Source: Epiperipatus broadwayi (lineage: Eukaryota > Animalia > Onychophora). Taken from it: 64,000 nt of DNA. Of the stretch, positions 38,531-50,739 are shown piece by piece. The position numbers were made by a program, and so were the translations under genes. Each line of letters starts with the position of its first letter. The stretch's first letter is position 1. The notes under the pieces were generated by a model. That model was not told the origin of the DNA. It was given only the letters and a program-made list of their open reading frames with translations, and did no database searches. The stretch lies in contig JAQFVV010000001.1 in assembly GCA_028023455.1 (NCBI GenBank), positions 4,278,001 to 4,342,000 on the forward strand, read 5' to 3'.

Positions 38531-41500
38531 ACTCAACACTAACATCTACAGCTAATTAGATAATGCATGTAATTGTGGCAGATTCGAAAAAGACACTACA
38601 TCATATTATAATTCAATACAGTTTAATTAGACAGATTCATTTAACAAAGATAATAAGTGCATTGATTTCATTCACAGGTGTTTACAATAATGATGAGTGA
38701 GTCATTACAGAATCTCATTGTTATACATTTAGAATTAGATTAATATTTTATTATAAAATGAGATTAATAATTTTAATATTATCATCTACGACCAATCATG
38801 TCTTATTTATACTATGCCCTTCCTAGAGGTTTGCTATGGTTAAATATGCAAGAGTGATCAATAATAATTGCATATTTCTATTAACAATACAAATCGAGCA
38901 TTTATGTGCTTCCTATGCAGATTATTATATACATAACTAGATTACAGATTCAGATCAATGCTGAACTATTCTTAACATTATGGAGGGGTGAACTGGAGCT
39001 TTGTAGAATGACTTCAGATAATACGGCGTTATATATATATATTACTAGAGATGGGTGTATCTCGAATGTGCCATTACTCATGGGATTTCTTACCATGTAA
39101 GCGGTTCCTGAGGACTATACGACTTGCTGTGAATTATGAGAATATTTAATTCGGTGATCGGAGCAACTTATATAACAATCTGGATCCTCATGTTCCAGTT
39201 CTAAAAAAGAGCTGTCCGAACTCGGAAAGAATGGGTTAATATTAAATCAAAAGCCCATTTATATACATAAACATACAGCAAGGTATAAATGCACATGTGC
39301 GCTTCCTAAAGACACTCACCACACTAAATATAATAATAACTATTAAACTTAATGTATGCAAATTGTATAGTTTCGGTCCATGAACTACCCTACACCAGTT
39401 CATGAATTAGTAGTCTTAAAACATGCTAAAAGGATATTTAAAGTAATCTAATTTATTGACAAATCTGTATAGTTTATGCTATAACTCAAAGGAGGGCTAA
39501 GGCATATCTGGCACTTAAGCAATACTTATAATATGCTTTATAACTCATTCTTGCATTTATTAACTAATTATTTTGCAAACCTGATTCTAACAAAAATAAT
39601 AAGCTAAACGTAATAGCTTAATGAATATATTTAAGTTTTCAGAATGGAGATTTATGTGTGTGTGCTAAAGAGCGACATTACTGAATTATGAGAGCTTCTA
39701 ATCATCTCCCCCAATTTTATTCATAGAACCAATCTCCATTCTGAACTGGACATAGCATAAACTATAAAATAAACACATATAAAACAAACAAGAAAGGCAT
39801 GACCGCAGATTAGCAAGTAATAGAATAATAACTGAATAAAGTTATTATTTAACAAGCATTACAAGTTTAGAATTTGATTTAAATAAAGAAAGGTATTATT
39901 TTAAAAGTTTAACATGACATTTTAACGACTTAAATTAGCTTTTAATTATAATATTTTTAAGATTTAGAAGTTTGTGCACATTACAGATTAGGTAGCTTAA
40001 CTTTTAGATAGTTGATTAATAAATTTAGTCCAAAGAGCTCTGCGGTTGAATATTACCAGTCTCTTCCTTACCGAGTTTTTTGCATTGCATCAGGCACTGC
40101 TATCCGTAACTGCTCTGGTTTATCTTCCTCTCCTGAACTGGTGACTTATTTATACCCTTTCCATAGCTATGGATCTGTCCCTGCAAGGTAGACAGCAACT
40201 GGCCTTTTTTTAACCACCAAACTTCATTTTCCAGTAAGCCTTTTTGACTGGCAACACTTACAATAATATATAGCAGAACCTCGATTACAAAAAATTGAGT
40301 TTTATACATGCTCTATCTACCCCCCCTATTACCTATTAAATATATTTACAACATTTTTGAAGATTAGCTATAATTTTATCTGGAGACTAAAATCTATAAA
40401 ATAAAACCCTTGGTTTCTTTCTTTGTTAAAACCTTGTTCCCTAGGTCAAGTATTGTTCTTAATTTAGTATTATTAAAATCTATATAGAAATTCAATCTTC
40501 CTTCTCTTAATTTGCTGATCCAGGTCTTTCTAAGAATTTCAATTTTATTTTAAAACAGAGTCAGGTTCAAGCATTGTTCTTAGCTTATTATCTTTTCTTC
40601 CCTTTTTTTTTTATTTAAACAATTTAAAATTCCAATATTAGTTTTATTAATTATCTGCAGGTGTTTTTCTAAGAACCTACAATTTAAAAAAAAAAGATTT
40701 CAGTTTGTAAACATCTTATTATATATGTGTGGAAGACCCTTTAGAAATTGAAATTTATTTGCTAAAGCAAGTAATGATTTTTTTTAAAAACTTATGATAA
40801 CTTCAAATCTATATTGATTTAAAGAGTGGTAATGCTTTTAAACCTATTGCATTATAGCTTCTTTCATATATATATAGGTAGTTCCATACATATAACAATG
40901 ACCACACAACTTATTTTAATTCTACATTTTAAATTTATTTTAACATACATGCTTTAAACATATGCACATAAATATTACAATATACGCTAACATAAAATAT
41001 GTGTACATACACGCAAATACCCGTTATACACACTATTTATAATCAAATTAAGTTAGTATACTTGGACTTGGGAGGGTTTGAAATGGGGAAAAGATTCTAC
41101 TATGTGACATAGTAGGTGAAACGAGATAGTATATAAAACAGACCATTTCAATATATATAGCTGAAACTCCTGTCTAAAATCTATGTTCCCCCTGAGTAAA
41201 TAATGATTGTTTTGTCTCAAGCAAAGCTCACAATTTAGGATTGCCAATTTATTAAAACTGACCCCATCATTGCTTTCTTAATTATCTATAGCTTAATTAA
41301 AAATGAAAAGAGAATTGAAATCACAATTTCTATGCATGAGTTAAAACATGAAAATGTTGCACAAATATTCATTTCTGTTATCATAGTTAGTGTAAGATAT
41401 GACTTATAACATGAAAATTTCATGATGACTAAGCTCAACTAACTAAATGGAGACTGTTGTCTTGTCTTTGATGAACCAATAGTCAAGTATTATTTATATT

Positions 41501-42119
41501 ACAATTAACCTTCATAACTGAAGATACATTGCATTATTCATTACATATGGAGCCTGGCAGTAGCCAAGGCATATCACTTGCCATGATTTTATATAAATAA
41601 TAATTTTGTATTTGTAGCTTACTCTAATGATAGAATTTATTTGGGGGCGGTGGGGGGGGTATCCTAATCATAGCATTAGACAGGACTACCATGTAAACTT
41701 ATAATTTTACTTTTAGTATTTGTATCTTACTCCAGTGATAGATAATGTTTGGAAAGATTTTTTTTTAAAATAAATGCTTCATATATATCTCCAATCACCA
41801 CCACCCTGAAATGAAAGTTATTTTTATTATTTTTTATATCAGTAATAGCAATAATTTAGATATAATTATATAAACAGTCATCACATATTTGATTAACAGT
41901 TTTTATGATTGAATGATAGAATTAAATAGACTACTAATACTATATCTTTTTTTTTAAATACATGTAATTTAACATTTCAAAATTGTAGAGAGAAAAATAT
42001 ATATTTTCTACTTGGTTTATTATCTATAAATAGTGAATGTTTTGATATTGCTAAGAGTGTATTTAGTTTTTTCCCAAATTATGAATATTAAATTTAATTA
42101 ACTAAGTTATTAATATCTA

Positions 42120-42746
42120 ACATACAGGCTATATATATACCTGTACAAACAATGTAATATATAGGGTATTTGACCACATATATGTCTAAAAGATAAATAA
42201 TCACCAATATACGTATTTCATGCTAAACCAGCAGTCATCAGTTGGTCCAGATTATCATATATACAATAAGTGCTCATATTTTTATTAAGCTAGCCAATCT
42301 TCATTCTTTACTAGACAGGCTTCAATCCACTCTACCCTCCAACTCTTCAGCGATCAATCCTATTGAAAATCTGATAATGGAACATGTCTGCCCAGTCCTT
42401 GTATATGTACTTAAATGGATTATGTCCTGTACATGAGGGGTCAGAGTGACTTATGATCAACCTGGGTGTGACGAGAATGTCGGCATCACTGTGGGCTTTG
42501 AGTGTTCCATCATCAGATTTTCAATAGGATGGATGGCTGAAGAGTTAGAGGGTGGAATGGATTGAAGCCTGTCCAGTAAAGTATGAAAATTGGCTATCTT
42601 AATATAAATCTGAGCACTTATTGTATATATGTGTAGAGATGATTTGGTGATTATTTATCTTTTAGAGATATATGTGGTCAAGTGTATCAGTGGTATGAGA
42701 TAGTCCTGGAGAATAGAGGGTCGTGTGAAAGTCTGCGTTCAAAATT
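42120..42746. mobile_element. Non-coding foldback element, family A, with ~200-bp inverted arms and an HHR in the left arm
   Basis: The left arm 42171-42384 is the reverse complement of the right arm 42503-42680 (about 11 mismatches in a 95-nt stretch checked), with a ~118-nt spacer. Homologous to 15971-16173 and 19730-19830. Confidence 0.9.
42203..42246 (-). ncRNA. Minimal type I hammerhead ribozyme, family A (core intact)
   Basis: Minus strand reads ACCAA CTGATGA C TGCTG GTT TAGCA T GAAA TACGTA T A TTGGT: stem I ACCAA/TTGGT, palindromic stem III ATACGTAT, AUA cleavage triplet. Only the stem II closing pair is broken (C.T). Confidence 0.8.
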
Positions 42747-45052
42747 AAGTTATGAAAATTATTTATAATAATAATATATTTTTAATCTATCATTGCATAA
42801 ATATGTATATGAATATTTTTTTTTTTAAATAAAAAAGTTAATTCAACTAGTTCTATGAAAATTTTTTTAAAACTAACTTTTTTTACAAGTTGCTTATTTA
42901 AGCAGTGATTTAACATTAAATACACAGTTACTCCCCATTTACCAAAAATATAGCAGCAGATAAATCATCTATCTTCGAGCCATTAGGTAAGTGATGTAGA
43001 TCATCAAAGTTTTGAATAATTAATATCATGTAAAACTATAAGTTTTATAAAAGGCAAACCGTTAAGAAAAATTATTTCGAAGTTTATGCATCATGGAAAA
43101 TTCATTGTTATTGCTTAACTAAGAGTTGAAAATGTTTGATCTGCAGTGCCCTCATTATAATTATAATCAATGTTTAAATAGATTATTACAAAACTACTTG
43201 TGTATTAAAGTTAAACATGAGTTAAATATATGAAGGCATTAGCAGTCAGTGTACAGGATTCATATAGATTCATCGCCAGACAAAGAGAGCTTTCTAAGGA
43301 TAATAGCAATGACATTAGACAATTCTATTTGGTTAGTGGTTTGAAGATTGCCAGAGACCAACTTTCCTTTTATAATAATTTTCATTCCTGCATGGCAAGA
43401 AACAGAAATTTTCTACATTTACTAATAAGCCATCATTATACCTAAATATTTTTGAAAACCAAATTTGCATCAGACACTAACATAGTTGTTGTTTGCATGT
43501 GAAACACAACTCTTCTATCATATAGGTGTCACTAGCCAGTGTTAAAGGCTATGATTCTAAAATATAAATTTTGAGCTGATAGTATCACTTATGAATGTTT
43601 TTTTTTTTTTTTTTTTAGCAGAATAGTACATAATGGATCGCAAAAGTCACTTACATGCATTGACAAGGATTTTAGTTTTGTTTTTATCCACTTGATCTTC
43701 AAATATGACTTAGTAAACTTTGATGAAATCTTGGATAATACTTGCAAATTTCCCTTCACATGTTCTCTAATGCCACGGAAATATGAGTCATAATAAAATT
43801 TAATGCTTATATATATATATACCATACATTTTTAGACAACTTTATTATTCCTATGATATCGTTATGATATGCAATGGCATTGCACGTCACAATGATTATG
43901 TATACCCTCTTATCTATTTATTTTATTCCACTGAAAATTGCGCATTTTCATTTATTATTATTTTACTGTATGTAGTTTGCATTATTCTTCTAAATTTAAT
44001 ACAATTACTACTGCCTTGGTTACATTATTTATGTAAAATAGTAAAATCAAAATAACATATTAATAACTAAATTGTATTTTAAATTTGTTCCTTAATATAT
44101 GCTTACACAGATAATATTGCTTTTTTGCCTTTGTTTGTATTTGTAATTTAAACTTGCAAACTTTTGTTTGTATTTGTAATTCATATTTGCAAACGTTTGT
44201 TAGTCTGTATATGGAAGTATTTTCCTTCTTTATAAATTAAGTCATAAAGAAGAAAAAAAGAAACTACTTTGTTATGTGGAGGAACAAACATTTGCAAATT
44301 TGATTTACACAGATAAGCAAAATGGTTTGGAAATAATATTAAACTATGATTTATGATAATATAATATTCAATTTTAATCCTTTTTTTTTTTCAAGTGTAA
44401 AATATTATTAGTATAAATAACACTTTTATCTAATAGACATGAGAGATTACTTATCAACTGTCTTAGTGAATAGAGTATTTCTCACATTACTAATATTTAG
44501 CTAAGATCAAATTGTTATTGAAGAGATCTCACTAGACTCTTCAACTGAATGGAAACTGAGTTTTACAATTTTTTGTCTTTGTTTTCATCATAGAAATCTC
44601 TGAATTAAAAAATATATAAAAAGGTGTAACTAATTTAATAGCCTTCAGTGTAAATAAAGGTCTCTCCTCATCCCTTTTTCAGAGAATAGTGAAAGAGAAG
44701 ATTGCTCACTAATTTAGCTAATAGTTATATTATGGATTTTTGTTTTTCTGATTTTACCCTCTAAGAATAACTACTAGTCATTTACTGATCAATAATTGGA
44801 TGACTAGCTGGATATCCCAGTTTACCTGGAAAAATCCTAATGCTGAATTCATGTACTCTGTAAACATAGTAAATTGTATACAGTAACGTACTTGCTATAT
44901 ATAATGTTTAATTCTTACTAATATAAAACCCTATTTATGTAGTGAATTTATAATTATATTTAAAATGTATTATTGACAACTGTGAACTGTCTATGTCAAT
45001 AATTAGATTTATTGCTTTATGATAAAAACAGATCCACAGTGCATGGTTGAAA

Positions 45053-45150
45053 TACGTATTCTTGATAGGGATAGATTATTAATAAGATGAAACATTAAAT
45101 TACGTATTCTTGATAGAGATAGAATATTAATATGATGAAACACTGAATGT
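45053..45150. repeat. ~50-bp tandem duplication
   Basis: tacgtattcttgatag(g/a)gataga(t/a)tattaata(a/t)gatgaaaca occurs twice. Confidence 0.85.
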
Positions 45151-46857
45151 TTTCATTTACTTTTTGTGAAAAATATAAGAACTTGTACATTTCACTTACG
45201 TTTTTTTTTTAAGTTTAAGGCATAAAGTATTTTATTGATATAAGGGACTTCATTATTTGATAATATAGTTCCAAATTTGAGATATTTGATTGAATTGTAG
45301 TTAAGGGAATAGCAAACAATAGCAAATTTCAAATCACAGTGAATTTTAATATTTAATTATAATTTTCTGTTACTTGGTTACCCTGATCTGTCTTTGGGGA
45401 AAAGACATATCAGAGGACACCAGCATGTCTATCAACTAATTCCTTAATCTTTATTATTTTATAAAATTTATAAGTTGATAAAGTGTTCAGTCATTTTTAA
45501 TTTTGGTTAACAATTAGTTAAATTTGTAATAATTTTAATATAATCTTATAACTCCAGTTTTATTGCTATGATTTCCTAATGAATAAATTTTTTATTTTAC
45601 CTCGGTTTTCTGTAGTTTCTATACAATAAATAAATTTGTATACCAGCATATTTTTACTTGGTACATTTATTGAAAGTTTTTTTAGAGAATTTTATTGATA
45701 AAATCAGGACAAGTATTTTAAAAAATAATATTGGCATTTTAAAAATTTACAGATTATTTCAGAGATAGTAAAAGAGAGACAGAAAAGAAAATGCATTTAA
45801 GCCAATTAAATCTTCCTCTATTTAACATTTTGAACACTGCAGAATAGTTATTGTAATGATGTAATGTTGAGAAAAAATTTTAAATTAATAATACGGTTGA
45901 CGAGACTAAAATTTCATACTGATTTTGTCCAGCAGGATTTTTTTTGTTTTGTTGTGTTTTTGCAAATTCTCTAGGAATGATATATAATGCAATATTCTCG
46001 TTGAGAAACTAACTCCATTATATTAATTTCTTTTTTTTATTTTAGACAGCAATTTTTCAGAAAAGATAGAGAAAAAATCTCTAATTATGTATTTATAAAA
46101 TTATCTATAATTTTTTTGAGAGGTTTTAAAATAATTATTAATAGGAATATCTATCTCTATCAACATTTTTTTACAGAAGTAAAAACAATTTATAAAGAAG
46201 CATTCAAAATTTTAAAATCTCATGTAACAAAAAAAATAGCGCTGAAACTAGCCAAATAAATTATATATTGGCCCAAACATGATACTGCAATTCACAAAAT
46301 TATTTCAAGAAATATTGTCTCACCACAAGAAAGAACTGGCAATAGAAATTACAGCAAAAAGTTTTTGTTATATCTAGCAAGACCATATAGCTCAATTCTT
46401 TAAAAAAAAAAAAATTGAGAAAGTTTAATAGGAAAAAGCAACTCAAATATACACTCACTTGTAAAATAAATCTTCTCAGGAAATAATTTATGGAAGTTAG
46501 TAAATGAAAATGAATATATACAGTAGTGCAAGTAGCTTGTCTACTTGACATAGATTTAAATGAAAAACAAATTTCTACATGAGAAGTTTTTATGAAATTT
46601 AAATTTGAGAAATATTTCTTAAAGTCAAAAATAGTAAAGAGTGAAATAGTACTAATTTTGGGTCTTTAGTTTAAATATTTAATAAGAATACAGAGGGAAT
46701 TAAGATTGAAACCAAATAACATAAACTTTATATACATACATACATACATAAAAAATAAAATAAAATATTCATAAAGATTAATTAAGATAAATTTTTACTT
46801 TTGCATAACGTAGACTGTTTGTATAAAGATTAATGAAATAATATAAATCTTTTTTTA

Positions 46858-46963
46858 ACAATCAACCCTTAAGCTATCAACAATCTCAACCTGTAGTCAA
46901 GGCAACTGAAGGAGGTTGTCTTGATTACAGATTAGGATTGTTGATAGCTTAAGAGTTGATTGT
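46858..46963. repeat. Foldback hairpin with 49-bp arms and an 8-nt loop
   Basis: Left arm acaatcaacccttaagctatcaacaatctcaacctgtagtcaaggcaac; reverse complement of the right arm acaatcaactcttaagctatcaacaatcctaatctgtaatcaagacaac. Confidence 0.95.
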
Positions 46964-49505
46964 ATCATCTACATTTATAAACCCATTAAAGCCTCGAGTA
47001 ATAGGCTTTATTGTCTTAGTAAATCTTTATTTTTGCATATCACATACTTTTTGTACATTTACGTATTCAAATAAAATATTAGTTTTTATGAAGAAAAATA
47101 ATATTGTATGATGAACAACATTAATAAGCTAAAAATATTACAAATTTTGATAAATAAACACAGTAAAATACTTATATTGGTGATAAGAAGATCAAATTCC
47201 AAGTAGCCATATACATGTCTGTGAATGCATAAATTAGAAATTTATATATTCTTAATATCAGATTAAAGACAAAGTGATACCTTAAAAAAAAATAAAGTTG
47301 AGAAAGATTGTGATTCTAATAGAGAAAAAGAAACTTGTGTGAATGCTGTTTGTGATTGGAGATCTAGTTAGTAATTAGATTACAGTATGATAACTTTATA
47401 AGGAAAGACATTGAAATAAAAAAAATGATCCACTGTTTCATAACTACAGTGAGAACAAAAAGCGTCAAAATTTGCTTTGACCATTTGTTTGAAGGGAATA
47501 GAATTAGTGGAATTTTTTTTTGTATATAATTTAATAGGAAACATTATTAGTTGACAAAGAAGAATCAAGCTTTTATGTTATACAAATTTATAAAATATTG
47601 AATTTTGTATAAATTTCAGGCAATATTGCTTCCAGTAATTTAGAAGCTGAATATAATCTGAAAAGAAAGTAGAAAAGTGGATCTATTAGTGTTGATTGCT
47701 TTTTAATATAGAAAAAATATTGTTTCTTACCAATATACTGAAGGATTTAGATATACTACATCAAAAAACAAAATACACACCATCACATGTATTATTTATA
47801 AACATAATATTCTTGTTCAGGTAGAAATATAGCAAAATCAATTCATCTTTGCTGTGTAATTGTTAGTTAAGGATTCAGGATTTATTTCATTAACCTTTTA
47901 ACAAATTTATTTCAATGAATTATCAACAATAAACTTTAAAAACTCACTTTCCTCCATAGCCCATGATTTGAGTTTTATGACTACTAAAATTGACTATCTT
48001 ATATACTATTCCATTTTAAATTCCAAACTCGTAACTGTCCCATTATATATTCTTTTGGTGGGAACAGATCACAGTATTTCTAAACATGAAATCACCATTA
48101 AATTAACTTTCTTACTAGGCGACATAAATCTTTATATTCATAATCATCTTAAAAGTTCTTAACTATCAACTCTTAAACTGGATTCTAATAGAATATAAGA
48201 GAACTGGAAAAAAAATCAAGTGCAAGGTGGATAGATATTTGCTGAAATAGTATGGAGAAATCACAACTCAGAAGATTAAACTCAGATCTTTTCATGTAGT
48301 GTATTGAAAGTGATGTACATTATTTACATTGGATAGAAGTTACGTAGGTTTTCTTGAAGATTCTAGTTTATTGTGCAGTATAATATTCTAGTAATAATTG
48401 CATTCTTGATTATTAGAGTAAATTCAAATTTCCTCAGAAGCAGTTTTTTGATGTGCTAGTAGAGCTTTATTGCAATATCATATATATTCGATGATAAGTT
48501 GAACAAATTACAAGATTCTATTTTTTTTTTTTTTTACTGCATCATATCAACTTTTTTATGAAACATCTTCATAGATCTAACCATGAATAATACCATAATA
48601 GTATGTTATCAGTTGGCCATGAGCTGAAATGGAGAAGAGAGTCCGTTTATTAGTTAATAATGTTGCATCTATTAGATAGATTACATCAATTCATTAAAAT
48701 TCAATTATAAATTTTGATGCTGTTTGCTAGGTATGGTGTTGAAATCAGGAAGAGAGGCAGATTAATTAGTTAATGTATGTGATTCTTAGCTAGACTACAT
48801 TAATTCACTAAAAATCAGTTATAGACTGATGTTAATACTTCTGTTCACTTGTATTGCTGGAATCTATTGAACTATCCTAACTTCTAGTTAATGCTACACT
48901 ATTATGACTGAGCATATACTATTAATTTGCCACAATATAACCACGATCTAAGCTAATAACTTTTGATTAACATAATTATTTTTTAGAAACCTATATAGTT
49001 ACATGAAGATACAGATTGTTTTAAAAAAAACTTTTTATTAAATTTTGCATATCTATTATCTTAGTAAACTTGATAGCTTTTCTTTCTATTCGTTTATATT
49101 TTGAGATAGACTTGTAATTTTACATATGTACCTCCCTCCCCATCAGATCTTTTTTTACATCAATCATTAACAGAACTTTTTTCTACACTCATTGAAAATT
49201 ACAGAAATACCAGAAGTTATTATCAAAGATACTTATTTTGTTTATAATTCAATATATTTACAAATGTAACAAGTATTTGTTTTATTTTTTTTAATGATAG
49301 GTATCTGTAATGGTCATTATTGACACAATTTTGTGGCTGATTTATTATACAGATTCTCAAAGTATGTTTGACAGGCTGATTTTGGATGAATTGTGAAATA
49401 TTTAAATATTAGAATATTTTCTTTATTTATTAGGAGAGTTTTCTTTATCAAGAATCTTTGAATGAAAAATCCAAAACTAATTTAGTTAAAGATCACATGA
49501 GAATT

Positions 49506-49553
49506 ACTATTTCTGTCTTGTTTCTCCCAACTATTTCTGTCTTGTTTCTCCCA
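49506..49553. repeat. 24-bp perfect tandem duplication
   Basis: actatttctgtcttgtttctccca occurs twice. Confidence 0.9.
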
Positions 49554-50020
49554 ATTCACAGATCAGTTATACTTATAAATAAACTTGTGATAGCAATTAC
49601 ACTTCTTTATTGTACATAGTTCAAAAATATCAGATCAAGACATGCTATATCAAACAAACTCATGTTTCATGATGCATGCTGCTGCAAGTTAAAATAGCAA
49701 GTGCATGCAATTTGTAATTTAATTTGTTTATAATCATAAATTACCAATATATTATAAAAATAAAAAATAAATAAAGGGGAAAACATTTTTCTATAATTAT
49801 TGGGTTTAATAATTAGTGAGAAATATAAATGTGTATGGTGGTGTTAGTAGGAATAATTATGAAAATTTAATTATTTTTTTATTATATATAATTTATTTGT
49901 TTAATATATAGGATGTATGTAATTAAAGCCCTGAAAATAACATATATATATAAAGATATTACAATGTTTAAAATTTAATAATAAAACTATTAAAAATAAA
50001 AACATTTCAGTGTTTTTACC

Positions 50021-50305
50021 ATAGTAGCAAACTCTCCATACAGTAGTGTCATTCAGTACAAGCCATAGTTATCAATGGATACTAGGTTTGTGCATAAAAA
50101 TCCTTATCAAATGCCTACTTGTACAATATCCCCAAACTAGTTTCTAGCTTGTGGTTCTTCACTGATGAGAGTCACAAGCTAGAAACTAATTTGCTATATT
50201 GGATGATAAGCAATAGATAGGGATTTTATACTTAAACCTTCTAGCATCCATTGATTACTATGATTTACATTGGGTGGCATTACTGTATGGAGAGTTTGTT
50301 ACTAT
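50021..50305. mobile_element. ~285-bp palindromic element (family B) with HHR-like motifs reading outward from the axis on both strands
   Basis: Arms atagtagcaaactctccatacagta...actagtttctagcttgtg and cacaagctagaaactaat...tactgtatggagagtttgttactat. The centre is tcttca-C-tgatga, with the axis at 50162. Confidence 0.9.
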
Positions 50306-50665
50306 TCTAACAGCTTTCGCAAATATAGGAAATGGCTATCATGTGAATAAGTGTTTTTCTTCTTATTATTTTTTAACATTTATATAGTATTGGTTGATTA
50401 GAAATTCAGTAAAAATCAAATTGCTGAAAAAGAAACAGAAAAATACAAAAAGGATAACTGAAGAAAAAATGATGAAGATTTTTCAAAAATTTTTCAATTT
50501 TCAAAATGATGAAAAATAATTAAAAAATATACTGAATTCTTAAAGTTTGAATTTACATGAAATGATGATAAAAGAGATATACATGTGCAATTGGTTAAAT
50601 GCTATGAAATTTTCACAAATGAGATTATGTGATCAATAAATTATTTTGACATATTGAGATAAGAC

Positions 50666-50680
50666 ATTATTATTATTATT

Positions 50681-50720
<40 letters not shown>
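50666..50720. repeat. Compound (TAT)n(CAT)n microsatellite
   Basis: attattattattatt followed by about 13 CAT units. Confidence 0.95.
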
Positions 50721-50722
<2 letters not shown>

Positions 50723-50739
50723 TTAAAAGACAGTACTAT

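Noticed and set aside
43589-43825. Region open on both strands (78 aa minus; 58 codons plus) with splice-like signals
   Set aside because: No recognisable homology and conflicting strand evidence; it cannot be called without RNA data.
44800-45430. Helitron-like ACTAGCTG start and a small hairpin at ~45378-45410
   Set aside because: No CTRR terminus at the right spacing and no second copy.
48150-48900. Possible LINE APE endonuclease relic (also 61500-62000 minus and 12100-12300)
   Set aside because: The motifs are too decayed to support by eye.
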